This document shows positions 1 through 12,026 of a stretch of DNA of 38,078 bases, in pieces. Below the pieces are notes generated by a model that was given only the letters and a program-made list of their open reading frames with translations, made no database searches and was not told where the DNA came from. Position numbers and translations under genes: made by a program. Source of the DNA: Ministeria vibrans ATCC 50519 (taxonomy: Eukaryota > Protista > Filasterea); the NCBI GenBank assembly GCA_943704425.1, contig CALSCP010002085.1:77269-115346 (forward strand). Reading direction: 5' to 3'. Positions within the stretch are counted from its first letter, which is position 1. Each line of letters begins with the position of its first letter.

Positions 1-123
1 TCTCTGTGTGTGAATCTTCTTTTTCTTATTATTTATTATTTTGTTCAACTCACAACTGAATTTTTTCACATTCATTGTCACAGTCCAGTGACCTCCCAAC
101 TCACTTGATTGGCCAGAATCAAG

Positions 124-3100
124 ATGCAAGCATCGAACTCGATGCTGGCCCTGGTGGTGGTGGGTCTAGTGTGTGTCCCACACTTTGTGGCTGGAAATGC
201 GGTAAATAAATCTTGTTTCAGCTTCAGGGCGCCGCTTCTCCCTTCGCATTCACGCACATACCCAAGCACTACTAACTCCCTGTATGATCCTTTCCTCGGT
301 TCCCCCCAATTCTCTCTCCCTTTTTCAGTGTGCCGAAAATTCGTATGTGCTCAGTGCGAGCGCTGGCTGTGTCCCGTGTCCACCCTTGTTCTACAACCCA
401 CCAGGATCATCGATGCCATGCACAGGATGCTCGCTGGAAGCGACGGCGCAGTGTCTCTCGTGGAACTCGGCGGTTGCCGCTAACTGGACGTCCGCTGCAA
501 ACTGGCGTCGACGCGTGTCGCCCGCTGCGCCGTACGCCTTGCCCAGCGAGCCATGTAGCAACGACACGGTTGTTGTGGACATGGTGGGCCTTCAAGTACG
601 TGAAGTGTCTCTCGTTGACTCTTCTACGGTTTCTTTAACGTCGTTTTTATGTTCACTCTTCTGTAGAACCTGACAGTCGTTGCAGAGCCGTCACCGGCCA
701 ATTCGGTGCTGCATTTCCGTCGTCTTGATCTGGGGCGTGGCTCTCGTTTGCTGCTACGAGGCAACGTGGTCTTTTCCATTGGGGGCAATAGCGATTGCGG
801 CGTGGAGCCAAGCGCCACAGATGTGTTGGGGACAGTTGTTGCTTCGGCCACGGGCGACCTGGGTCGTGGACCCGAGGAGCTCACTTCGGCAGCTGCACCA
901 CCGACAACTGCGTTGGGGTTTGAAATGTTGCAGACGACAGTGCTGGGTCAAGAAGCAACAGAGACAAGTCAGGCTGGGGAAGCAGCAGAGACAAGTCAGG
1001 CTGGGGAGGCGCCATCACCGCTTGCTACCTCCGAGGCGTGTCCCCCACCGCCTGTGCACATCATCCATCTTCGCGACAACCCATCATTTCCCCTCGGCGT
1101 GCGACTCAACTTTAACCTTCTTCCCTTGAGCTTTCGTCCGTCACTGTTGAATCTCACACGGTTTTCCTGCAACCTGCCCATCCAGCCCAGCGCTGCACAA
1201 GTTTCAAGTATTATCTCGGACCTCATTGAAGTGGGACCCTCGCAGTCGTTTGCTCCGTTTGCTGTGCGAGTCCGCCTCGAGCTCACCACCGCCCTTTCTC
1301 CCGGTTCCACTCCAATGATGTACTACCGTAACGCATCCGCTCCCACTTCAGACCTCTGGGAGGAGGCTACGAATGTGTCGGTGGTGTCGCAATCTGATGT
1401 TATGTTCATTCAGGGCTTTGTGTCACACTTTTCGTACATTATCGGTGCCATCGCGGCTGTCCCTTCTGCGTCCTCCGACGGTGGTGCGACCGCTTCCCGC
1501 ACTACCGCAGTCCGTGTGGGTCTCACTTCTTCCCTTGTTGCCAATACTGCAAGGGCGAGTGCATTTTCAGTTGCACAAGAGACCACAGTGGTGGGTGCAG
1601 CACAAGAGACCACAGTGGTGGGTGCAGCACAAGAGACCACAGTGGTGGGTGCAGCACAAGAGACCACAGTGGTGGGTGCAACACAAGAGACCTCAGTGGT
1701 GGGTGCAGCGCAAGGGACTACTGTGGCAGGTGCAGCACAAGAGACTACTATATCAGGTGCAGCACAAGAGACTACTGTGGCAGGTGCAGCACAAGAGACT
1801 ACTGTGGCGGGTGCAGCACAAGAGACTACTGTGGCGGGTGCAGCACAAGAGACTACTATATCAGGTGCAGCACAAGAGACTACTATATCAGGTGCAGCAC
1901 AAGAGACTACTATATCAGGTGCAGCGCAAGAGACTACTGTGGCAGGTGCAGCACAAGGGACTACTGTGGCAGGTGCAGCGCAAGAGACTACTGTGGCAGG
2001 TGCAGTGCAAGAGACTACTGTGGCGGGTGCATTGCAAGAGACTACTATATCAGGTGCAGTCGTACAAGAGACTACTGCAGTTGCACAGGAGACCACTGCC
2101 ACCACACAAGAGACCACGGTTACTGCGCCAGAGACGACCAGCGCCCCCTCGGCGTCACCGACGTTCGTTGTGGGGGGCACGTCGGGCAACACTGCGGGTG
2201 CTGGTGGCTCATCGGCTACCATTATCGCCGTGGTCATTGTTCTGCTGGTGGTTGCTGCTCTTGTGGTGGCGCTCTTTGTGTGGCGTCGTCGACGCAAGTC
2301 TGTGGCCTTGCGCGAAGAGGAAAATGCCGATATGAAGCGGGTCAATTCGCGTCGGTCGTCGGCCGCCGTCTTGCTCAGTGGCATTGGATCTCGTTCGTCG
2401 GCCGTCGGCGAAGAACTCGAAGGGCCCGTCAATCAAATGTTTGGCAATCTCACTCAGAATCCACTTGTGTTCAACATCGAAATGGACACACTGCCACCAC
2501 GCACGCGTGTCAACCCGTTCATTTCGGCAAAGCCATCAAACGACGTCATGCTCACACCAGACATACTCACATTTATCCCCCCAGCTACAGCAGACACCGC
2601 TGCGAAGGTGGACGACAGCCGTACACCCGCGTACACGCCACCCAGCTCGAGCGGCTACGAGGATATTGACGCCGTCGAAGTGCATCCTCCGGCTTCATGG
2701 CGTCGCTCTGGCGTCGGTGCCGTCGCTATGGTCCCTGCCGCTGGCGGTGGGCCTCCGGCACTGCTGAGTCTCTCAACCAACAACAACGACTACTCCGAGA
2801 TCGCCGATAATGCATCGCAGGCGCCGTCGTACGCGTCCATTGGCAAGGCTGTGTACATGGGCGTGCACGTCTCCAATGCGTACCATGGTGGCGCTCGTGG
2901 TGACTCTGAGGGCGAGTATGCTCGCCTGCCCGCGCCACGCGCTCGTCCTCCCGCCTACGCCACCTACGTGCCTTTTGCGCCGCCCAACGCGGACCCACTC
3001 AAACAGAACTCGGGCGAGCTTGACCCAACGTCGCTTGTGCTTGGGGAGACGCTTGGACAGGGCGCCTTTGGGTGTGTGGTTCGCGCTCAGCTGCATCACT

Positions 3101-4165
3101 CGTCAGGCGTTGTTGTTGACGTTGCCGTCAAGACTATGACAGACCCATCGCCCGGCGAAATCTACGCGTTTCGCAAAGAGATTAATATGCTCGAGCGGGT
3201 GCGTCACAAGCACATCACCTGCATGATTGGCAAGGTCACCCTCCCGCCCAACCAGCCCCTCCAGTGGCGCATCGTCCTCGAACTTGGTCTCTGCAATCTC
3301 TTGACCTTCCTCGAAGAGAATCCTCTCTCGTCCACCGACCAGCTCTTTATCTCCCTCCAGATCGTCTCGGCCTGTGTCCATTTAGTCTCCTCCGGTTTTG
3401 TTCACAGAGACGTAAAAAAAAAAAAAACGGGAATACGTTTGATAGATTCGATTCTCATTCGCCTCTCGCTCCATCACTTTCTCTCCATTACTTTGTTTTT
3501 CTCTATTGTGTCTCTCTATCACTTTATTCCTCTCGTCACTTTGTTTGTCTCACTTTGTTTGTCTCTATCACTTTGTTTGTGTTGTCACTTTGTTTCTCTC
3601 TGTCACTTTGTATCTCTCTCCCTCCTTTCTTTCTTCACCTTTCTTTCTTCACCTTTCTTTCCCCCTCCGTTCTTTTTCCCTTCTTTCTCCCCTCACTCTC
3701 GTGTAATTTATATAGTTGGCCGCTCGAAACTGCTTGGTCTTCAAAAACTCGAGTGGCAACAACTACGTTGTGAAGCTGACTGACTTCGGACTGACACGCG
3801 AGTTGACGGCGGCGGATGCCAATGATGGGCGCTGGGAGGCAGCCTACCAGCAGTCCAATGCCAGCAAGATCCCTCCGTCTGCTGCCCCCGAGATGCACTG
3901 GGGTGAGAGCACTGAGAAGTCCGATGTGTTCATGTTTGCCTTTCTTCTCTTTGAAATCTACTCGGGGGGCGCCGAGATCCCTTACTCGTCACCCTACTAC
4001 AAGGAGCTGTACGGTCCGCCGCCCAAGCCATTGCCCGTTCTCGAGTGCCAGGCTGAGGTCGCCGCTGTGCTTGACTCCTGTCTGGCGCAGGAGCCCGCCA
4101 AGAGACCCACCTTTGTGACGATCGGGCGAGAGTTGGAGGCGTTGAGGAATTCGTCGAGTATTTGA
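124..4165 (+). CDS. Receptor tyrosine kinase, about 1179 aa; exons 124-201, 329-595, 667-3411, 3716-4165. Signal peptide, Cys-rich segment, ZU5-like domain, mucin-like repeat stalk, TM helix, Tyr-motif juxtamembrane region, TK domain
   Basis: Three phase-0 GT-AG introns join the ORF fragments. Signal peptide MQASNSMLALVVVGLVCVPHFVAG; TM IIAVVIVLLVVAALVVALFVW followed by RRRRK; kinase motifs LGQGAFG, VAVK, FRKE, HRD|LAARN (tyrosine-kinase catalytic loop split by intron 3412-3715), DFG, APE, KSDVF, KRPTF. Confidence 0.93.
1573..2058 (+). repeat. Coding 27-bp tandem repeat, 18 units (AQETT-VVG/VAG/ISG-A), mucin-like stalk of the RTK
   Basis: Unit gcacaagagactactgtggcaggtgca and variants repeated head to tail; degenerate QETT copies continue to about 2140. 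Confidence 0.95.
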
Positions 4166-4358
4166 AGAGTGAAGTGAAGTGTATGTGTAAATGACGATAC
4201 AGAAATATGTTGTCGATATGAAACTAAAAATTGGATAAAATACAAACTTTATAGTTTGACTCACTTTTTGTATTCTTCACAGTTCACTTTCTCTCTCTCT
4301 GTCTCTTCCTCTCCCAGTCTCTCTTTCTCTCTCTCCGCCTCTCCACACCAAATCTATC

Positions 4359-7300
4359 ATGGGACGCGACGAGAGTAGCAAAAAACGCAGTCGAGACGAT
4401 CACCATCACCGAAGGTACAACCGCCCCTCCCCCGCCCCCTCAAGCCCTCCCCTGCCCCTTCCCCTGCCCCTCTTCTCCTTCTCACAAGGCCTTCTCTTCT
4501 ACAAACCTCCTTCTCAACCACAAACACAACTTTGCAGGCGACGCTCTCGTTCTCGCTCGCCAACACGACGATCGTCGTCGTCGTCGTCGCACCGCCACGG
4601 CCACAGCAGCCGCAGCAGCGACCGCCACCGCTCGTCCAAGTACGACCCCCGCGATTACGACCGCGCAAGGCATCGCCGGGCGCGTTCTCGCTCGCCTTCG
4701 CGCGACCGTCGCGGCGACGACAACGACCACGCTGCTGCCGCCGCCACAGCGACCACAGCGACCGCTCCGTCGGCCGAGGACTCTGTTGCCGAAATGCAGC
4801 GGATTGCCGAGGAGATGCAGCGAAAAAAGGAACGACTTGACGAGTGGCGTCGACAACGGCAAAAGGAGCAGCTTGAAGAGCAAGAGCGCGCACAAGCACA
4901 GGCCAGCGAGGCGACCGACGACGCCAATGGCGATGCGGCTGCCGACCCTTCTAATACGTTGGGAGGAGATGTTGTTGTGGCAGCCGCAGCGCCTGCGAAC
5001 GAGTGGAATTTGGAAGACGACGATGAGGAGGAGGCGGGCGCCTTGCCCATGGACACTGCTGGTGATGATGATGATGGCGACGACGGTGGAGGTCCCTCCG
5101 GCCCACCACCACCATCAAAGACGACGACTAACGACGAGGAGGATGGCAGTAGACCGCCTCCGCCGGCACGCAAAGCGGCCGATGACGACGACGACATTGA
5201 TCCGCTCGACGCATTCATGGTCGATGTTGCCAAGGAGATGCGCAACCTCAACCGCACCGGCACGACTCCCACAGCGACGACCACAGGTACAGCCAGTACT
5301 AGCACGACCAAATCCAATGGCAAAGGAAAGGGACCCGCGAGTGCCACAACGACGGAACGCGGTGAGCTGATGCTCAACGACGAAGACGCACCCGAGTACG
5401 ACGTGGACAGCGACGACGAAGAGAAGATGCTGATCAAGGCGGCCAAGAGCGGCGTGTCGGATCCGGATGGAGATCTAAAGGAGCTGCAGGCGACGTTGCA
5501 GGCGGCGAAGCAGGCCAAGAAGAAGGAGCTGGACCAGGTCGACCACACTGCCATTTCGTATGGTGCGTTTCGCAAGGACTTTTACAAGCCCGTGAGCGAA
5601 CTGGCAAACATGACGGATGACGATGCGGCAGCGGCTCGTCTGAAGCTAGAGAACATCACGGTGAAGGGCAAGGACGTGCCGGCGCCCGTGCGCAACTGGG
5701 CACAGTGTGGCGTGTCGCAGCGCGAACTCGCCGTGTTCGAGCACCTCAAGTTTTCCGCACCCACTCCCATCCAGGCGCAGGCGATTCCCATCATCATGAG
5801 CGGCCGGGACATGCTGGGTATTGCCAAAACAGGCAGCGGTAAGACACTGGCGTTTCTCATTCCCATGTTCCGTCATGTGCGCGACCAACCTGCGGTGCGC
5901 ACCGGCGAGGGTCCCATTGCTATGGTCCTCACACCGACACGCGAACTCGCCATTCAAATCTACAATGACTGCCGTCGCTTTACTCGTGCGCTGAGCCTAC
6001 GTGCTGCGTGTGTTTATGGCGGTGCGGGCATCACCGAGCAGATTGCCGAGCTGCGACGGGGCGTTGAGATTGTGGTGTGTACGCCGGGGCGCATGATTGA
6101 CGTGCTCGCGGCGAACAATGGCCGAGTGACCAACCTGCGACGCACCACCTTTCTTGTTCTTGACGAGGCCGATCGCATGTTTGACATGGGTTTTGAGCCG
6201 CAGGTGATGCGCATCATCAACAATGTGCGGCCCAACCGTCAGACGGTCATGTTCAGTGCGACGTTTCCGCGACAGATGGAAGCTTTGGCGCGCAAGGCCA
6301 TGATCATGCCAGTGGAGGTGCAGGTGGGCGGACGCAGTGTGGTGTGCAGTGATGTCGATCAGAGTGTGGTAGTGCTGGAGGAACACGAGCGCACGCTCAA
6401 GTTGCTAGAGCTGCTGGGCTACTGGCACGACAAGGGTGCTGTGTTGGTGTTTGTCGAGCGACAAGACTCGGCCGACTCGCTCTTCCGTGAGCTGCTGCGC
6501 TCGGGCTATGCGTGTCTGTCGCTTCACGGTGGCATGGACCAGCACGACCGTGATTCGACGCTGGCCGACTTCAAAAATGGCGTTTGTGACATTCTCATTG
6601 CGACGAGTGTGGCGGCGCGTGGACTCGACGTCAAGCGACTCCGTCTCGTCATCAACTACGACTGCCCCAACCACTACGAGGACTATGTGCACCGAGTGGG
6701 GCGAACGGGCCGTGCGGGTCGCGCCGGCACTGCCTTTACGTTTATCTCGCCGCGTCAAGAGCGCCTTGCCGGCGACATCATCAAGGCACTGGAGCTGTCC
6801 AAGGCGGATGTACCTGAGGCACTGCGCAAGATCTGGAAGTCGCACTTGGACAAGAAAAAGGCGGGCATTGTGACGCAGGGGGGTGGACACTTCTCCATCC
6901 GTCACGGCAGTGGGTACAAGTTTAGTGAGGCAGAGGAGCTGGCGAAGGACGCGGGACGCAAGGCGCTTAAGGTGCAAGCGGGTCTGATGGATGCGTCGGA
7001 GCTGCTGGCGATTACGGCGGCTGGTGGCAGTGGGGGTGACGACCGGAAGAAGAAAGACAATGTCGAGCTCGACGACCAGATTGAGCGCATCATGAAGGGC
7101 TCGACCAACGACGCTATTGCGCTTGTCAAGGCACCCGTAACGGCCGCGTCACTTTACTCACCGCCTGTGAACCGATCGCCGTTGTTGGGCACACCGGGCA
7201 ATTCGTCGCCTCAGGCCGTGCCCGAAGTGGTGAGTGCGGCGCGTGCCCGTGCCGATGCGGTCGCTGCCAAGCTCAACCAGAAGCTTGGTGGAGTTGCTGC

Positions 7301-7721
7301 AATGTTGGGTGGTGGTGCGAGTGGTAATAGTGCTGGAAGCGCTGCGGCTGCGGCTGGGGCTGGAGGTGCTGGTGGAGGTGCTGGTGGTGGTGCTGGTGGA
7401 GTAACTGTGCCTGAGCGCTCTGTGTTTGAGGACATTATTGAGATCAACGACTTCCCGCAAAAGGCGCGTTGGCGTGTCACACACCGCGATACGGTGTTGC
7501 AGATCCAGGAGCAGACGGGCGCGGCGCTGACCATGCGTGGTATCTACTGTGCGCCCGAGCGTGTCATGCCACCAGGCGAGAAGAAGCTACACCTGGTGAT
7601 TGAGGGACGCTCGGAGCACGCAGTCCAGCGTGCTCGCCAGGAAGTCAAGGCGATCATTCGCGAGGAGATTGAACGAGAGGGAGCTCAAAGCGTGGCCATT
7701 TCATCGCGTTATTCTGTATAA
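4359..7721 (+). CDS. DDX46: DEAD-box RNA helicase DDX46/Prp5; probable intron 4415-4537
   Basis: RS-rich N-terminus, DIDPLDAFM, PTPIQAQAIP, AKTGSGKT, PTRELAIQI, TPGRMID, NNGRVTNLRR, LDEAD, SAT, ARGLD, HRVGRTGRAG, C-terminal KH-like EINDFPQKARWRVT and SSRYSV ending typical of Prp5. Confidence 0.96.
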   Translation: MGRDESSKKRSRDDHHHRRYNRPSPAPSSPPLPLPLPLFSFSQGLLFYKPPSQPQTQLCRRRSRSRSPTRRSSSSSSHRHGHSSRSSDRHRSSKYDPRDYDRARHRRARSRSPSRDRRGDDNDHAAAAATATTATAPSAEDSVAEMQRIAEEMQRKKERLDEWRRQRQKEQLEEQERAQAQASEATDDANGDAAADPSNTLGGDVVVAAAAPANEWNLEDDDEEEAGALPMDTAGDDDDGDDGGGPSGPPPPSKTTTNDEEDGSRPPPPARKAADDDDDIDPLDAFMVDVAKEMRNLNRTGTTPTATTTGTASTSTTKSNGKGKGPASATTTERGELMLNDEDAPEYDVDSDDEEKMLIKAAKSGVSDPDGDLKELQATLQAAKQAKKKELDQVDHTAISYGAFRKDFYKPVSELANMTDDDAAAARLKLENITVKGKDVPAPVRNWAQCGVSQRELAVFEHLKFSAPTPIQAQAIPIIMSGRDMLGIAKTGSGKTLAFLIPMFRHVRDQPAVRTGEGPIAMVLTPTRELAIQIYNDCRRFTRALSLRAACVYGGAGITEQIAELRRGVEIVVCTPGRMIDVLAANNGRVTNLRRTTFLVLDEADRMFDMGFEPQVMRIINNVRPNRQTVMFSATFPRQMEALARKAMIMPVEVQVGGRSVVCSDVDQSVVVLEEHERTLKLLELLGYWHDKGAVLVFVERQDSADSLFRELLRSGYACLSLHGGMDQHDRDSTLADFKNGVCDILIATSVAARGLDVKRLRLVINYDCPNHYEDYVHRVGRTGRAGRAGTAFTFISPRQERLAGDIIKALELSKADVPEALRKIWKSHLDKKKAGIVTQGGGHFSIRHGSGYKFSEAEELAKDAGRKALKVQAGLMDASELLAITAAGGSGGDDRKKKDNVELDDQIERIMKGSTNDAIALVKAPVTAASLYSPPVNRSPLLGTPGNSSPQAVPEVVSAARARADAVAAKLNQKLGGVAAMLGGGASGNSAGSAAAAAGAGGAGGGAGGGAGGVTVPERSVFEDIIEINDFPQKARWRVTHRDTVLQIQEQTGAALTMRGIYCAPERVMPPGEKKLHLVIEGRSEHAVQRARQEVKAIIREEIEREGAQSVAISSRYSV

Positions 7722-7847
7722 AGAAATGGGACCACTGTCAAAATCAATCAATCAAAAAACGAAAAATTCAAACAATCAATATTCAATAATCAATAATAAT
7801 TAACAATTTTCAGTAATTGGCATTTGGCGAGTAGGACACCAACGGCC

Positions 7848-8778
7848 ATGGAGAGCGAGCGCATCCTTCTTGACGCGAACCAGGACGTAAAGCCCGAAGT
7901 GGTGTACGAACGGAAGAGCTCGATCTTCTCACCGGTCTCTCTGCTGCTGTGCACCGTCTTTTTGCTTGCGGTTGGTGGCTACTGGATGGTTCGGTATGTG
8001 GTAGTGTGTGTGTGTGGGGGGAGCATGGTCCGGGATGTCGATTTGGCCTGTGTTGCATTTGAATTTGTGGCGATTGCGTTGTGTGAACTGAAAACGCACA
8101 CGCGAAACCGTTTAGAGACGAACCACGCGTCTTCTCTCTGGCGCATGTGTGTGTGTGTGTGGGTGTGTGTGTGTGTGCCGTGGCTTGCAGGACTCTGCCG
8201 TTGCATTACCAGTCTTGGTGTCATTGTGACATTTTGTGCTCATTTCGCCATTGTGTATCATAGGACGTTGAAGACTGGGATTTTTGTGGCGATTGTTGGG
8301 CTCAGCTACGAGCCATACGCGAAGCTGGGCACGGTCGCCGTCCTCATACCCGTTCTCCTGTTCTACAACTCGCTTTTGGTGCGGTTCTCGTCGCGTCCGC
8401 GTGCCCTGGTCTACACCGTGCTGGGCGTGTACCTGTCACTGTTTGTTGTGCTCACCCTCTTCTTGTCACTCCCTGTCATCGGCATTGAGAACCGCCAGTC
8501 TGATCCACGCCGCGTCATTGGCTGGATTGCCTACTGGGTCATTGAGAGCTTTGCGAGTGTCTGCATTCCAATGCTGTGGTCGGTCGTAGCGACGATTGCG
8601 CCGCGCAAAACGGCCTCCTCACTCTACACCATGCTTATCATCTCGGCACAGGTGGGTGCCATTTCAGGCTCAACCATGGCCCGCCAAGCACGACGATTTT
8701 CTTTTCAAGGGCTTTTCATGCTAGAGGTAAATTTGTGAAAGTTTGAGAGAGAGAGAGAGAGAGGAGAAAGAAACAAAG

Positions 8779-8827
<49 letters not shown>

Positions 8828-8836
8828 AGAAAGAAA

Positions 8837-8890
<54 letters not shown>

Positions 8891-10236
8891 AGAAAGAAAC
8901 AAAGTGATAGAGAGAGAGAGAGAGTGTGTGTGTGAGTTTGGGAGAGAGAGAGGGAGAGAAAGGGTATATATATGTGTGTGTCCTGATAAATGTGTTTTTC
9001 AGGCGGGCATTATTGCGACAATTATGGTTCTGATGACGATTGTATTCCGAATGCACAACAACCACAACGACAGCAATTCTACAATGGACAGCGACGGGTC
9101 GAACTCAAGCGAACTGCCACTCAAAACGACACTGAATACCACCGCTCCAACGGGACTGCTTGAGGGAATCCGCCTCATCGGCACTCGACGCTATGTCTTT
9201 GGCATTCTTGTGGTGTCGACTTTTGCGGAAATCATCACAACTATTATGGACTTTCAGCTCAAGGTCATTGCAAAGCAGGAGTTTCCCGATGCAGAAGCAT
9301 TTGCCTCCTTTATGGGCTCGCTCGGACAGGTTTGGTGATTGTGTGAAGTTGTGCGTTTCATTAGTCATCTGTTGATTTTTTCTTCTTCTCACTTTAAGCT
9401 CTCTTTGTCCCTCACTTTCATTTGTCACCCGATCATACTGACTACTCACTCATCTTATCTGTTTTTTTTTTTTTTTTCACCATAGGCGGTCAATTCGGTG
9501 AGTCTAGTGTTTGCCATTACGGGCACTCGGTTTGCCATTCAGTATCTCGGGCTGCGCGTCTGTCTCTTGGCCTTTCCTTCGGGTGCACTTGTCCTTCTCA
9601 TTGTTGCTTATTTCTATCCTCTCATTTGGGTATGCGACTTTATACTACAGCCTGACTCACTTTCTCACTCTGTAACTCTCTGAGTACTCACTCACTTTCT
9701 CACCCACTCACACCAATCGCTTACTCACTGTGTCACTCACCACACATTCACGCACTTGCTCAGTCAATGAGTCTTAACGCACCTCACAATCTCACAATCT
9801 CATCACCGCTTTGTGTTTAGGTGTTCTTTTACGGACTTGTGATTATCAAAGCATTTGGGTATTCGCTCAACTCTCCTTCAAAGGAACTGCTTTATCTTCA
9901 GACGAGTGTCGATGTCAAGTTTAAGAGTAAATCTTGGATTGATATGTTTGGCGGAAGAGCCGCAAAAGGTATATTAGCAGATTGATAGTCCTTTTTTTTC
10001 TTTTTCTTTTTTTTCGACTCTGTTTACATTCTCAGTTTCCATCCGCTCATACACACACAATGTTTTTCTTAGGCATTGGATCAATCGTCACGAGCTCACT
10101 TCGCTCGTCGCCCGTGCTCCTGCTCAACCTGGGTACTGGCGCATGCATTGCCGCAGTGCTCTTCTGGATCACAGTCGCACAGCGACTGGGACTGCACTAT
10201 CGTAGACTTGTTCAGTCCGATACGATCATCTCATGA
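7848..10236 (+). CDS. NTT/TLC (Npt1/Npt2-type) nucleotide or ATP/ADP transporter; exons 7848-7993, 8264-8726, 9003-9329, 9486-9629, 9821-9968, 10073-10236
   Basis: Spliced product is a multi-TM protein with GGYWMVR-TLK, YWVIESFASV..LWS, AQVGAISGS, RYVFGILVVST..IITTIMDFQLK, KAFGYSLNSPSKELLY and VKFKSKSWIDMFGGRAAKGIGS, which match NTT-family signatures as I recall them. All splice phases are consistent. Confidence 0.85.
8745..8934. repeat. Interrupted (AG)n microsatellite in NTT intron 2
   Basis: (AG)n tracts separated by gaaagaaacaaag(tgata) spacers. Confidence 0.95.
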
Positions 10237-10352
10237 GAGTCTACTGTGCATGAGAGTCTTTTCTCTCTCTCTCTTTTTTTTTTCCAATGTATTATTAAAC
10301 CGTACAGAATCATGTATACATATATGTTCTATTTCTATAAAACAAGAGAACG

Positions 10353-11969
10353 TTACATAAACGAGTGGGAGCGCGACGGACGTACGTCCACAAGCGACGC
10401 ACGTTCCGCCGCATTGACACTAAGCAGCGACGCCCGCTCAAAGGCATCCACAAGGTCGCGCGCTTCGTCGTCCGTGTCCTCTGCGGCTGTCGTCTCAAAA
10501 TCAGCATGTGTCGTCGTCACATGGTTTTGCAGCGTGCGCGTCGCTTCGTCGCGTGCACTTTCGTCTGCGCGCTTGAGTGCTCGATCGACCTCCCGCATCC
10601 AGTTGACACGCACTGACAGGTAGAGCACATCAATGAGACACTGCACGGCCATGCCACAGATGAGCCCCGCCCACAGTCCCTGCAGCCCGAGATGTACCAC
10701 AAAGCACAGGACGAGCGCCAGCGGAATGGCCAAGGCGTAGAAACACGACATGTTGACGGCAGCGCCAACCATCTGGCGTCCACAGCCGCGCAGGATGCCC
10801 CCAAAGACACCCTGCATACCATCAACAATGAGAAAGAGCGGCGCCAGCCACATCACCTGCGATGCAAGCGTGATCACTGCCGGAGTAGACGTGAAGATGT
10901 ACGCCCAGTGGGTGCGCAGGGCCAAGACCACTCCGCCAATGAGAATCGTCGCCACCAGACCCATGACGGAGCCTAGCCAGGCGGCGCGGCGGGCTGCCAG
11001 GGGCCGCCGCCCGCCAAGGTGGTTGCCAATGCGCGACGCGGTGGCCACCGAAATGCCGTTGGGAATCATAAAGCAGATGGTGACAATCTGAGTGACAATG
11101 GCATGCGACGCAAGGGGCACTGTGCCCAGATGACCCGCCGCCAGCGAAACCCCCTCAAAGGCGAGCCAGCTTGCCGTCATCATGCACATACCGGGGAAGC
11201 CCAGTCGCAAAAAGGAGCGCCAGCCACTAAAGGCATCGCGCAACGACACTCCATTCCATGTCTTGCCGTGCATGTCGCGCGCAATGAACTGTACGTAGCC
11301 TGCGAGAAGCGAGACGGCAAGCCAGTCGCACAGACTCGCCGTGATGGGTGCGCCACGGAAGCCCACCTTGAGCGGACCGACGATGAGGAGCCACGAACAG
11401 AGCGGATTGAACAGTGCAACAATGCAGACGACGGCGAGCTGGGGTCGCGTGAGGCCTTGTGCGACGAAAAACTTGCGTTGCGCCTCGAATATGGCGGCTG
11501 GATAGAAGCCGATGAAGCGATAGCGCATGTATTCGGCGGCGAGTCGTGACACCTGTGGGGGCTGACCCAGCGCGACAAGGATCGGCTCTACGTTGAACCA
11601 GAGGGCGCCCACGGGAATGCACACGACGAGGCAGATGGCAGCGGCCCTCTGCAAGGCTACGCCCACCATGCGGAAGTTGTTGGCGCCGTTCGCCTGAGCG
11701 CAGATGGTGTCCATTGCCGTGCAGAGACCCCAGGCAAAGGCGAGCCCCGTCACATTGGTGAGCATGGAGCCCATCGAGGCGGCCGCAAGCTCGTCGCTGC
11801 CCAGTCCTTTGCCGACAAACGCAAGGATGACACTGCCCAGCGTGTACTGGATGATCGCCGACAGCATTGCCGGCAGTGCCATGTGCAGGATGCGCGCTAT
11901 CTCAGCCCGCCGCAGCCCGTGTGTGGTGCATGCTCCCCAGCAGCAGGTGAAGGCTAGAGGGAATGGAGA

Positions 11970-12026
<57 letters not shown>

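Noticed and set aside
1573-2058. Regular repeat array as a possible CRISPR
   Set aside because: No unique spacers; the 27-bp period is in frame within a coding exon of a eukaryotic gene.
3412-3783. Hydrophobic C-terminus of the 1025-aa ORF suggesting a truncated kinase
   Set aside because: It is read-through of intron 3412-3715; splicing restores HRDLAARN.
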